A model generated the notes under the pieces. The model was given only the letters and a program-made list of their open reading frames with translations. It was not told where the DNA came from and did no database searches. From the NCBI GenBank assembly GCA_030605695.1, contig JAUWHX010000012.1:31483-95482 (forward strand): a stretch of DNA of 64,000 bases. The letters run 5' to 3'. This DNA comes from a bacterium. Its GTDB lineage: Bacteria > Hydrothermota > UBA3073 > JACQXS01. The position numbers were made by a program, and so were the translations under genes. Below, piece after piece: positions 1 to 8,200 of the stretch (the stretch's first letter is position 1; each line of letters starts with the position of its first letter).

Positions 1-513
1 CTGCGAATATGGGGTATTAACAGTAACAACAATATCGGTATCACCGTCAGCATCTACATCTCTTACCCTTATCTGTTTGTAACGTCCGTCAAGAGTACCT
101 ATGATTTTTGTTGTAAAATTACCTCCTCCAAGGTTATCACTGAGTCCCAGGGATGATACGGTAAAGTTAGCACTCGCCATATCTACCGAAACAGCATCTA
201 CAGTTCCATTTTCATCAAAGTCAGCTCCGGCTATCTCCAAATTATAAAGGTCTCTGGGAGTAGTCCATACATCCTTTCTTGGCGACCAGCTCTTTCCCCA
301 ATTACTATTTGCATACCATACTGCTTGAGCCGGGACAGTAATTGTTGCGAAAATATCTAACTGATATGGAGGGCTGGTTCCATCTATGTCTCCAGCCCAG
401 TTTCCGTGAGGCTTAGGTACCAAAGAGTCAACGGTGTATCTATTGAAGGTAACCGTTCGCCCACTTACCTGCACTGAAACTAAAGCCAGAATCACGAATA
501 TCCACACTCTCAT
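1..513 (-). CDS. secreted FG-GAP/VCBS-like repeat protein, N-terminal part (gene continues past the left edge)
   Basis: Absent from the ORF track because there is no stop in the window. Reverse-strand ATG at 513-511, preceded by AGGAGG (rc of 522-527). Translation starts MRVWIFVILALVSVQVSG (signal peptide). Later DFDENGTVD and DVDADGDTDIV resemble FG-GAP calcium-binding loops. The frame stays open to position 1. Confidence 0.55.
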   Translation of the reverse strand, partial: MRVWIFVILALVSVQVSGRTVTFNRYTVDSLVPKPHGNWAGDIDGTSPPYQLDIFATITVPAQAVWYANSNWGKSWSPRKDVWTTPRDLYNLEIAGADFDENGTVDAVSVDMASANFTVSSLGLSDNLGGGNFTTKIIGTLDGRYKQIRVRDVDADGDTDIVVTVNTPYSQ

Positions 514-727
514 TTTTGCTACCTCCTCTTTATAACTCACTACGATTAATTAAATACACTTATTATCAGAATTCTTATGTATGCACGATTAGTTCGTGTT
601 TTTAGAGCGTTAGCCTCCTATTATAATATATAATATAAAATGTTCGTTTTGTCAAGCACTTTTTAAGGACTTTCTTTGATTTAAGACTTGACAATATGAG
701 TTCGGGAGTTTAAAGGTTTAATGATGT

Positions 728-799
728 GCGGGTGTAATTCAGTGGTAGAATGTCAGCTTCCCAAGCTGGACGTCGTGGGTTCGAGTCCCATCGCCCGCT
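728..799 (+). tRNA. tRNA-Gly (anticodon CCC)
   Basis: Cloverleaf read by eye. Acceptor GCGGGTG/CGCCCGC, D-arm ATTC-AGTGGTA-GAAT, anticodon stem TCAGC/GCTGG with loop TTCCCAA, T-arm GTGGG-TTCGAGT-CCCAT. No CCA is encoded. Confidence 0.9.
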
Positions 800-905
800 T
801 GAAATAGGGGTTAGGGTTTAGGAGTTCAAGAGTTGAATTGCAGATTACAAAAAAAGATTAACCACAAAGACACAAAAATTAGAGATTGGAGATTGCAAAT
901 TATGC
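800..905. repeat. degenerate 7-9 bp tandem 'word' repeats in the tRNA-tRNA spacer
   Basis: GGGGTTAGGGTTTAGGAGTTCAAGAGTTGAA..GCAGATTACAAA..CCACAAAGACACAAA..AGAGATTGGAGATTGCAAATT. Each word is immediately followed by a near-copy of itself. Confidence 0.8.
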
Positions 906-941
906 TTGCGGGAGGTTGCTCCTACGAGAGTAGTAATTGCT

Positions 942-1015
942 GGGCACTTGGCGCAGTTGGTTAGCGCGCTTGCTTGACATGCAAGAGGTCAGAGGTTCAA
1001 ATCCTCTAGTGCCCA
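942..1015 (+). tRNA. tRNA-Val (anticodon GAC)
   Basis: Acceptor GGGCACT/AGTGCCC, D-arm GCGC-AGTTGGTTA-GCGC, anticodon stem CTTGC/GCAAG with loop TTGACAT, T-arm AGAGG-TTCAAAT-CCTCT. Confidence 0.9.
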
Positions 1016-1016
1016 G

Positions 1017-1327
1017 ATTAGAGTTTAAGAGTCCATATTCTTTTTTTCACCACAAAGACACGAAGACACAAAGATTACAGATTACAAATTACAGAAAAGA
1101 TTAGCCACAAAGAAAAGATATGAAACCGCAGATAAACACAGAGAAAAGAAAAATTACAATAAGAGTTTAAAGGTTCAAGGGTTTAAAGGGTTCAAAAGTT
1201 CTGAGAGGAAATTTTTATGAACTTTTATGCAAGATTTAAGTTTTTTTGGTTGACTTCTGTAAAGAAAGAAGATATAAGAGTTGAGAGTTTAAAAGTTGAA
1301 GGGTTTAAAGGTTGAGCTACAGAGGTT
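1017..1327. repeat. degenerate 7-9 bp tandem word repeats upstream of thrS
   Basis: CACAAAGA CACGAAGA CACAAAGA (8-mers), TTACAGA TTACAAA TTACAGA (7-mers), CCGCAGATAAACACAGAG, GAGTTTAAAGGTTCAAGGGTTTAAAGGGTTCAAAAGTT, GAGTTGAGAGTTTAAAAGTTGAAGGGTTTAAAGGTTGAG. Confidence 0.8.
1250..1278 (+). promoter_or_regulatory. sigma70-like promoter candidate for thrS
   Basis: TTGACT (1250-1255), 17-nt spacer, TATAAG (1273-1278). It is embedded in the repeat block about 50 nt upstream of the thrS ATG. Confidence 0.4.
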
Positions 1328-3196
1328 ATGACGAGAGTGAAAGATAAGATAAAAGATAAGAATGCTATTGCTGGATTGGTAGATGGAGAGCCAAGAGACC
1401 TTTCCAATATTTTAGATGGCTCTGCGAAAGTAGAACCCCTTAAATTTGAGGATGAGGAAGGGAAGAAAATATATTGGCACTCCACTGCTCATATAATGGC
1501 ACAAGCAGTTAAGGAGCTTTGGCCTGATACTAAACTTGGTATAGGACCTCCTATTAGTGAGGGGTTTTATTATGATTTTGAGACTTCGCATCGTTTTACT
1601 CCAGAAGACCTTGAGAAAATAGAAAAGAGGATGAAGAAAATAATAAAAGCAGATGAGGGATTCAAAAGACGGGAGCTTAAAAAAGAAGAAGCAGTTAAAT
1701 TGTTTAAAGGTTTAAAAGAGGACTACAAGGTTGAGCTTATTAAAGAGTTAGATGGGAATATATCTATTTATGAGGTGAGAAGTGAAAAGTTGAAAGTGAA
1801 AAGTGAGAATGGAGAGTTTGTTGATTTGTGTAGGGGACCACATATTCCAAGTGCTGGCAGGATTAAAGCGTTTAAATTACTAAAAATAGCAGGAGCATAT
1901 TGGAAGGGCGACGAGCATAACCCAATGTTGCAAAGGATATACGGGATAAGTTTTCCGACAGATGTAGAACTTGAGGATTATTTGAAGAAGCTGGAAGAGG
2001 CGAGAGCAAGAGACCATCGGAAGCTTGGGAAAGAGCTTGAGTTATACAGCATTTTTGAGGAAGCGGGACCGGGGCTTGTAGCATGGAATCCGGATGGAGC
2101 AATAACAAGAGATGTAATAGAAAGTTTCTGGAAAAAAGAACACATAAAAAGAGGTTATCAGCTTGTTAATACTCCTCATATAGCGAAAGCAGGTTTGTGG
2201 CGGACTTCAGGACATTATGATTATTATGAACATTTGACAACCCTAAAATTTGATGATGAGGATTATGTGCTAAAACCAATGAATTGTATATATCATATTT
2301 TACTTTACAAATCCAGAATTCGGAGTTATCGTGAACTTCCAGTAAGATATGCGGAGCTGGGGACGGTTTATAGGTGTGAGAAATCTGGCGTTTTGCATGG
2401 GCTTACAAGAGTAAGGGGCTTTACACAAGATGATGCACACATATTTTGTCAGGAAGAACAGGCGTTTTCAGAAGTTATGGGAGTGTTGGAATTAGCTCAG
2501 TATATGCTGGAGTCGTTTGGGTTTAGAGATTATAAGATTAATTTGTCTGTCAGAGAGCCCGGCGGCGGTGGAAAATATGCGGGTAGTGATAAAGAATGGG
2601 AGCATGCAGAAGGAGTGTTAGAGGAAGTTCTTTCAAGTAAGGGTTTGGCATACAAAAGGGCGGAAGGAGAGGCGGTATTTTATGGGCCTAAAATAGATAT
2701 AGAGCTCTTTGATGCACTCGGGAGAGCGTGGCAGGGACCGACAATCCAGTTTGACTTTAATCTGCCGAGAAGATTTAATGTGGAATATATAGGCAAGGAT
2801 AACAAGTCGCATCCGGTGATAATGGTTCATAGGACGGTGCTTGGTGCGATGGAGCGGTTTTTTGGGATGTTAATAGAGCATTATAACGGGGCTTTCCCAG
2901 TATGGTTAGCACCTGCTCAGGTGGTAGTGGCAAGCGTAACAGAGAAGTCAACAGATTATGCGAGAGAAGTGGCGTCTGAGCTTGAAGGATATAGAGTTAA
3001 GTCATCACTTGGGGATGAGCAGATAGGAGCCAAGATAAGGAAAGAGAGCAAAAGCCCTTATGTTTTAATAGTAGGTGAGCGAGAGAAGAAGGCAGGAACG
3101 GTAAGCGTGAGAGCACGGGGAGCAGGAGATATAGGGAGCTATAGTATAAAAGATTTCATAAACTTGTTAGATAAGAAAATTGAAGCCAGGATATAA
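1328..3196 (+). CDS. thrS: threonine--tRNA ligase (short N-terminus, TGS domain incomplete)
   Basis: 622 aa. WHSTAHIMAQAVKELWP (second additional/editing domain), DLCRGPHIPS, class II catalytic core (FRRE-type region YRELPVRYAELGTVYRCE, GLTRVRGFTQDDAHIF), C-terminal anticodon-binding domain. SD AGAGG at 1321-1325. Confidence 0.95.
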   Translation: MTRVKDKIKDKNAIAGLVDGEPRDLSNILDGSAKVEPLKFEDEEGKKIYWHSTAHIMAQAVKELWPDTKLGIGPPISEGFYYDFETSHRFTPEDLEKIEKRMKKIIKADEGFKRRELKKEEAVKLFKGLKEDYKVELIKELDGNISIYEVRSEKLKVKSENGEFVDLCRGPHIPSAGRIKAFKLLKIAGAYWKGDEHNPMLQRIYGISFPTDVELEDYLKKLEEARARDHRKLGKELELYSIFEEAGPGLVAWNPDGAITRDVIESFWKKEHIKRGYQLVNTPHIAKAGLWRTSGHYDYYEHLTTLKFDDEDYVLKPMNCIYHILLYKSRIRSYRELPVRYAELGTVYRCEKSGVLHGLTRVRGFTQDDAHIFCQEEQAFSEVMGVLELAQYMLESFGFRDYKINLSVREPGGGGKYAGSDKEWEHAEGVLEEVLSSKGLAYKRAEGEAVFYGPKIDIELFDALGRAWQGPTIQFDFNLPRRFNVEYIGKDNKSHPVIMVHRTVLGAMERFFGMLIEHYNGAFPVWLAPAQVVVASVTEKSTDYAREVASELEGYRVKSSLGDEQIGAKIRKESKSPYVLIVGEREKKAGTVSVRARGAGDIGSYSIKDFINLLDKKIEARI

Positions 3197-3701
3197 AAAA
3201 TATAAACCGAGGACGAGAGTAAACGAAAGGATTAGGTTCTTTGAGTTAAGGATAATAGATTCTGATGGGAAGCAAATAGGGGTTCTCAAGAGAGATGAGG
3301 CATTGAGAAGAGCTTTTGATCAGGGACTTGACCTTGTAGAGATTGTTCCGACAGCGAGGCCTCCTATATGCAAGATAATGGATTATGGAAAATATAAGTA
3401 TGAGCAACACAAAAAGGATAAGCAGAAACATAAATCGGTGCAGACAAAGGAGATAAAATTGGGTCTGAATATTCAAGAGGGTGATATAGCCGTGAGAATG
3501 AAGCAGGCAGAGAAGTTTTTGGCTCAGGGTAATAAAATAAGAGCAAAGCTTAGATTTAGGGGTAGAGAGATAATTTATGCTAATAGAGGGAAGGAGGTTC
3601 TTTTAGATTTTGCAAAAGGTTTACCCGGGGCTATAGAACAAGCCCCAAGAATAGATGGAAAGATAATGAGCATTGTAATTGCTCCGAAACACGATGCCTA
3701 A
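3180..3701 (+). CDS. infC: translation initiation factor IF-3
   Basis: [24 protein letters not shown] plus the C-terminal domain [25 protein letters not shown]. The only in-frame start is TTG at 3180, overlapping the thrS stop by 17 nt. A non-AUG start fits the start-codon autoregulation known for infC. Confidence 0.85.
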   Translation: MKPGYKKYKPRTRVNERIRFFELRIIDSDGKQIGVLKRDEALRRAFDQGLDLVEIVPTARPPICKIMDYGKYKYEQHKKDKQKHKSVQTKEIKLGLNIQEGDIAVRMKQAEKFLAQGNKIRAKLRFRGREIIYANRGKEVLLDFAKGLPGAIEQAPRIDGKIMSIVIAPKHDA

Positions 3702-3885
3702 GATAAAAACAAAGAAGGCAGCCCAGAAGCGTTTTAAGAAACGGGCACATTCTTTTAAAAGGAAGCATGCCTCTCATTCGCATTTACTTACAGGGAAAAC
3801 AAGAAAGAGAAAAAGGCAACTAAGAAAGAGTGCGGCAGTAAGTAACGGAGATAAAAAAAGGATAGAGAGGCTTATTCCTTATTAA
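3694..3885 (+). CDS. rpmI: 50S ribosomal protein L35
   Basis: [16 protein letters not shown]... The track ORF begins 5 codons earlier; the canonical MPKxKT start is at 3694. Sits in infC-rpmI-rplT synteny. Confidence 0.9.
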   Translation: MPKIKTKKAAQKRFKKRAHSFKRKHASHSHLLTGKTRKRKRQLRKSAAVSNGDKKRIERLIPY

Positions 3886-3933
3886 AGATACAAAAATTGA
3901 TAACAGGCAAAATGTCTGTTTCACCAGAGAGAT

Positions 3934-4287
3934 ATGGCAAGAGTAAAAAATAGAGTAAGACAGCGAAGAAAAAGGTGGCTCAAGCTTGCTAAGGGATATC
4001 GCGGGAAAAGAGGAAAATTGTATCGGATAGCGAGAGTGCAGGTAATGAAATCCCTTGTCTATGCATATCGGGACAGAAGGAGGAAAAAGCGTGAGATGAG
4101 ACAGCTTTCCATCCTTCAGGTAAATGCAAAATGCAGGGAGTTTGGACTTTCTTATAGCAAATTTATTTGGGGGCTTAAGAAGTTGGAAGTAAAGATTAAT
4201 CGCAAAGAACTGGCACTACTTGCACGCGAGAATCCAGATGCTTTTTCCGAACTTACAGAACGAGTGAAAAACTGCTTGACCTCTTAA
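3934..4287 (+). CDS. rplT: 50S ribosomal protein L20
   Basis: MARVKNRVRQRRKRWLKLAKGYRGKRGKLYRIA... is a typical L20 N-terminus. Confidence 0.95.
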   Translation: MARVKNRVRQRRKRWLKLAKGYRGKRGKLYRIARVQVMKSLVYAYRDRRRKKREMRQLSILQVNAKCREFGLSYSKFIWGLKKLEVKINRKELALLARENPDAFSELTERVKNCLTS

Positions 4288-4305
4288 TTTGCTTTAAGTG
4301 CAGTA

Positions 4306-4863
4306 TTGGTGATGAGAAAAGAATGGATTATATTGTTTGTGCTTATAATATCCTGCAGCAAAAAGGGAGAGTATCATCTTTTAAGATGGAAAACAGGACA
4401 ATGGGTTTGTTACAAGATAAACGATGAACCGATTCGTATATCAATAGTTGGCAAAGATTCCACTCTTTTCTGGGTTGAGACTGCGGAGTCGGAACTTGTA
4501 GCGAAAGTTTTGGCAGAAGAAGGACAGTTAGAAGAAGCAAAGAGATTAATTGTGAAGAAAGTAAGCGAGTCTCCTTTTGAAATGCAAGCAGAGAAATTTT
4601 CTATAAAAAGTGGGTTTCCGGATATAAGTGTAAGAGAATCTGGAGAAAAGGAACTCGTTACTTTGCCATGTGGAAAGTTTAGGACGTTCCACATAAGACA
4701 AAAAGAGGAGGATGTGTGGTTATCAAATAAAGTGCCAATATTGGGAATAGTAAGATATAAGAGTAAAGATAAAGAGATAGTACTTTGGGATTATGGACTC
4801 AAAGGAGCAAAGAGTGAAATTAAAGAAAAAGTAAAAAGTATTAGTTTAGAGGAGGCATCTTAA
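4306..4863 (+). CDS. hypothetical lipoprotein
   Basis: N-terminus WIILFVLIISCSKK has a lipobox-like LIISC. No family recognised. Confidence 0.5.
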   Translation: MVMRKEWIILFVLIISCSKKGEYHLLRWKTGQWVCYKINDEPIRISIVGKDSTLFWVETAESELVAKVLAEEGQLEEAKRLIVKKVSESPFEMQAEKFSIKSGFPDISVRESGEKELVTLPCGKFRTFHIRQKEEDVWLSNKVPILGIVRYKSKDKEIVLWDYGLKGAKSEIKEKVKSISLEEAS

Positions 4864-5043
4864 TTGGGAACCGAGAAGGAAACATTTCAGGTTTTGGAAT
4901 TGCGAGCAAGAGAAATAGTAGAGAGAATGAAACTCATGAAAGAGGAGAATACGAAGATAAAAATGCAAAACAGCGAGCTTTTATCCCGGCAGGAAAAAAT
5001 CCGTGTGAAAACGAGAAAATTACTGGATAGACTTTCAAATTAA
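4864..5043 (+). CDS. small coiled-coil protein upstream of zapA (ZapB-like, tentative)
   Basis: 59-codon ORF below the track cutoff. TTG start directly abuts the previous stop. Sequence ..LELRAREIVERMKLMKEENTKIKMQNSELLSRQEKIRVKTRKLLDRLSN is heptad-like. It ends 5 nt before zapA. Confidence 0.35.
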   Translation: MGTEKETFQVLELRAREIVERMKLMKEENTKIKMQNSELLSRQEKIRVKTRKLLDRLSN

Positions 5044-5048
5044 GTAAG

Positions 5049-5291
5049 ATGAGCACAGAATTGCAGATATGTGGCGAGAAAATCACGATAGAAAGTGGTG
5101 TTTCTGTTGAGTATATGAATGATATTGCAGAGTATGTGAATTCTAAATTTGATGAATTGAAGGGGGCTTCAAAGCCTCCACTTGATATTGCGGTTCTTGT
5201 TGCTTTAAATATTGCCGATGAACTTTTTCAGGAACGAGAATTAACTGGACGAGCTGTTAGCATTTTAGAAAAAGAGCTTTTTGACATTTAA
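5049..5291 (+). CDS. zapA: cell division protein ZapA
   Basis: 80 aa. ICGEKITIESGVSVEYMNDIAEYVNSKFDELK...LDIAVLVALNIADELFQ matches the ZapA pattern. Confidence 0.75.
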   Translation: MSTELQICGEKITIESGVSVEYMNDIAEYVNSKFDELKGASKPPLDIAVLVALNIADELFQERELTGRAVSILEKELFDI

Positions 5292-5454
5292 TTTGGTTCC
5301 CTGCAGCGTTTGTGATGGGTTGCGATTCTTGAGCCAGCAACTTTTAAAAGGGAGCTGTCTTGAGTAAACAGACGGTACCCACCTTTTTTTAGGGTTCAAA
5401 GATGTCTTCCTACACGGCACTTGCGGGGAACTTTTTTTAAAAAACCACAAATGG

Positions 5455-5560
5455 CACAAATTAAACGAATAACACGAATAATAAAGTTTCCATCTCAGTT
5501 TGCAGAGTCTGTGAGAGGATAATTCGTGCGATTCGGAACTTTCGTGTAATTCGTGTTTTA
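5455..5560. repeat. tandem word repeats in both orientations upstream of rny
   Basis: AAACGAATAACACGAATAATAAAG at 5463-5486, then the complementary family AATTCGTGCGATTCGGAACTTTCGTGTAATTCGTGTTTT at 5521-5559. Confidence 0.7.
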
Positions 5561-5577
5561 GAAAGGCGGTGATTTAA

Positions 5578-7128
5578 ATGCAAATAATTGGATATATCTT
5601 GACTGCTATAGCCTTTTTTGCAATTGGGTTTTTAATCCAAAAATGGCTTCGCACTTCCAATATCAAGAAAGCAGAAGAAACTGCTAAGAAGATAGTAGAA
5701 GATGCAAAAAAGGGAGCAGCACAGCACAAATCAACTGCAGAGTTAGAGTTAAGAGCAGAGTGGAGTAAACGGAGAAGTGATTTTGAGCGTGAAATTCGTG
5801 CGAGAAAAGAAGAAGCTGAAAAAAAGGAGAAGTATCTTGATGAAAGGGCTACAAATTTAGACCGAAAGGCTGACCTTATAGCACGGAAAGATGCTGAATT
5901 GAGCAAAAAAGAGGTGCAACTTCTGGAGGCAGAAAAACAGGTCACGGTGAAGAACGAGAGGTTAGATAGCATAATTATAGAGGAAAACCGCAAGCTTGAA
6001 AAGATTGCTGGTATGACTCAGGATGAAGCAAAACGACAACTGAGGCAGAATCTTGAGACAGAGGCAAGAGAAGAAGCTCGTGGGTTTATAAGAGAGGAGA
6101 TGGAACGCGCTCGCTCTGAAGCAGAAAGGCAAGCAAAAAAGATTGTCTCCACCGCTATAGAAAGATGTGCTACAGAGCATGTCCTTGAATCCACAATTTG
6201 TACCGTCTCCCTTCCATCAGATGAGATGAAAGGACGGATAATAGGAAGAGAAGGTAGAAACATTCGCGCTTTTGAAACTCTTACAGGTGTGGACCTCGTG
6301 ATTGATGACACTCCGGAAAGTGCCTATATTTCATCCCTTGACCCTATGCGACGGGAAGTTGCAAAAAAATCACTTGAACGGCTTATAATAGATGGCAGGA
6401 TTCACCCGACGAGAATAGAAGAAATTGTGGAACAGGCAAAAAAAGAATTTCCAGGAATTGTGCAGAAAGTAGGAGAAGATGTGGTGGCAGAACTTAAAGT
6501 ATCAGGATTACATCCAGAGCTCGTAAAACTCTTGGGGCAACTTAAATTCCGGACTTCTTATGGACAAAATGTTTTGGCACACTCAAAAGAAGTGGCTAAT
6601 CTTGCGTTTTTGATGGCAACGGAGCTTGGACTTCCTAAGGATACAGCAAAACGAGCAGGGTTACTCCATGATATTGGGAAAACGGTATCTCAGGAATATG
6701 AGGGGACTCACCAGAAGATAGGTGCCGAATTTGCAAGAAGGTATGGCGAATCCGATATTGTAGTTAATGCCATTGAAGCACATCATAAGGATATTGAGCC
6801 AACTTCTGCGATTGCAGTCCTTGTGGAAGCAGCAGATTCTATATCAGGAGCTCGTCCGGGGGCAAGAAGAGAAGCTTTTGAGGCTTATATCGAAAGAATT
6901 GAGAAACTTGAATCTATCGTCTCAGAATTTGATGGAGTGGATAAAGCATACGCAATACAGGCAGGCAGAGAGATTAGAGTTATAGTAGAGCCAGAGAAAG
7001 TTCCAGATGAGGGTATATCGCAACTTGCAGTTGACATTTCGCATAAGATTGAGGAAGAAATGAAGTATCCCGGAGAAATAAGGGTAGCTGTAATCAGAGA
7101 AAGAAGAGCAGTTTCCACTGCCAAGTGA
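5578..7128 (+). CDS. rny: ribonuclease Y
   Basis: 516 aa. N-terminal TM helix, long charged coiled coil, KH domain (MKGRIIGREGRNIRAFETLTGVDL), HD domain (HSKEVANLA...GLLHDIGK). Confidence 0.95.
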   Translation: MQIIGYILTAIAFFAIGFLIQKWLRTSNIKKAEETAKKIVEDAKKGAAQHKSTAELELRAEWSKRRSDFEREIRARKEEAEKKEKYLDERATNLDRKADLIARKDAELSKKEVQLLEAEKQVTVKNERLDSIIIEENRKLEKIAGMTQDEAKRQLRQNLETEAREEARGFIREEMERARSEAERQAKKIVSTAIERCATEHVLESTICTVSLPSDEMKGRIIGREGRNIRAFETLTGVDLVIDDTPESAYISSLDPMRREVAKKSLERLIIDGRIHPTRIEEIVEQAKKEFPGIVQKVGEDVVAELKVSGLHPELVKLLGQLKFRTSYGQNVLAHSKEVANLAFLMATELGLPKDTAKRAGLLHDIGKTVSQEYEGTHQKIGAEFARRYGESDIVVNAIEAHHKDIEPTSAIAVLVEAADSISGARPGARREAFEAYIERIEKLESIVSEFDGVDKAYAIQAGREIRVIVEPEKVPDEGISQLAVDISHKIEEEMKYPGEIRVAVIRERRAVSTAK

Positions 7129-7130
7129 TA

Positions 7131-7277
7131 TGAGAATTTCTAAATCCGAAATTCTAAATCCGAAACAAATTCCAATAGTTCAAGCACCAAATCCCAAACA
7201 AAACCATAATGATGTTTGGGAATTGTGATTTGGGATTTAGATATTGTTTAGAATTTAGGGCTTAGAATTTAGGATTT
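7131..7277. repeat. word-repeat spacer with inverted symmetry (rny-ymdB)
   Basis: Left half ATTTCTAAATCCGAAATTCTAAATCCGAAAC...AAATCCCAAACAAAACC. Right half GTTTGGGAATTGTGATTTGGGATTTAGA...TTTAGAATTTAGGGCTTAGAATTTAGGATT. For example AAATCCCAAA (7189-7198) pairs with TTTGGGATTT (7229-7238). Confidence 0.75.
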
Positions 7278-8084
7278 TTGAGCATGAAGGTTTTATTTGT
7301 AGGAGATATTTATGGTAAACCCGGCAGGAGAGTCGCAAGCTCTATCATCCCGAGATTGAGGGACAAGGAGTCTATTGACTTTGTGATTGCTAATGGAGAA
7401 AATTCTGCCGGAGGGTTTGGGATTACTCTACCTATATTGCGTAAACTTGAAAGATATGGAGTAGATTGTATTACCTCTGGCAATCATCTCTGGGATAAAA
7501 AAGAGATAATACCAAAAATAGACACTCTCCCAAATCTCCTCAGACCTGCTAACTATCCTGAATTAGCAGGTGGAAGAGGCTCTCAAATTTTCAATGTAGG
7601 CACCGTACAGATTGGAGTTATGAATCTAATGGGAAGAACTCTTATGCCTCAGGCAGATTGTCCTTTTAGGACTGCGATTAGAGAGATTGAGAAACTAAAT
7701 ACCCCTGTCCACTCCGAAGGAGTCTGCGACAGGAGTCTGCGAATGATAATAGTAGATTTCCACGCAGAAAGTCCAGCCGAAAAAAGAACTATGGGCTTTT
7801 GGCTTGATGGGAAAGTATCAGCAGTCTTGGGCACACACACTCATGTTCAATCAGCAGACGAACAAATCTTGCCTCAAGGAACAGCTTACATAACAGATGC
7901 TGGGATGACAGGAGGTTTTGATTCTGTAATAGGTGTGAAATCCTCTAAATCCATTAAATATTTTACATTAGGAACTCCCCAACGATTTGATTCAGCAAGA
8001 GGGAATGAACATTTAAACGGAGTACTGTTAGATATAGACGAAACTTCCGGGAAAGCAAAATCAATCCAACGGATTAGAATTTAA
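7278..8084 (+). CDS. ymdB: YmdB-family metallophosphoesterase (2',3'-cyclic-nucleotide phosphodiesterase type)
   Basis: VLFVGDIYGKPGR, ANGENSAGGFG, VDFHAE, GTHTHVQSADE. rny-ymdB synteny as in Firmicutes. Confidence 0.85.
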   Translation: MSMKVLFVGDIYGKPGRRVASSIIPRLRDKESIDFVIANGENSAGGFGITLPILRKLERYGVDCITSGNHLWDKKEIIPKIDTLPNLLRPANYPELAGGRGSQIFNVGTVQIGVMNLMGRTLMPQADCPFRTAIREIEKLNTPVHSEGVCDRSLRMIIVDFHAESPAEKRTMGFWLDGKVSAVLGTHTHVQSADEQILPQGTAYITDAGMTGGFDSVIGVKSSKSIKYFTLGTPQRFDSARGNEHLNGVLLDIDETSGKAKSIQRIRI

Positions 8085-8200
8085 GTAGAGAGTAAAGCCA
8101 TAGAAATTCACAGAAAATATTAGAAATTAGTGGAGATTCATAGAAATTTGTCACTCTTGGAATCTGTGACAGACTCTGTACGAGATTCTGCGAACTGTGG
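8085..8200. repeat. tandem word repeats in a convergent spacer
   Basis: CATAGAAATTCACAGAAAATATTAGAAATTAGTGGAGATTCATAGAAATTTGTCAC..GGAATCTGTGACAGACTCTGTACGAGATTCTGCGAACTGTGG. Confidence 0.7.

Noticed and set aside
728-1015. tRNA genes and the tmRNA gene as integration sites of a genomic island
   Set aside because: No integrase, no direct repeat of the tRNA or tmRNA 3' end, and the neighbouring genes are housekeeping.
1017-1327. T-box, riboswitch or ThrRS-operator-like leader upstream of thrS (and similarly upstream of serS at 40011-40270 and ileS at 34504-34719)
   Set aside because: I could not find a specifier loop or T-box sequence (AANNNGGGTGGTACCGCG-like), nor anticodon-arm mimics. The leaders consist of the generic word repeats.
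5574-5993. Long antisense ORFs inside well-supported genes (e.g. 5574-5993, 8382-8690, 11888-12158, 17225-17578, 18170-18592, 27502-27873, 41602-42009, 46046-46414, 55883-56254, 56571-56912, 61674-62027)
   Set aside because: These are shadow ORFs opposite strongly identified CDSs. Their translations are Ser/Leu/Phe-rich low-complexity sequence typical of the antisense of Lys/Glu-rich genes.
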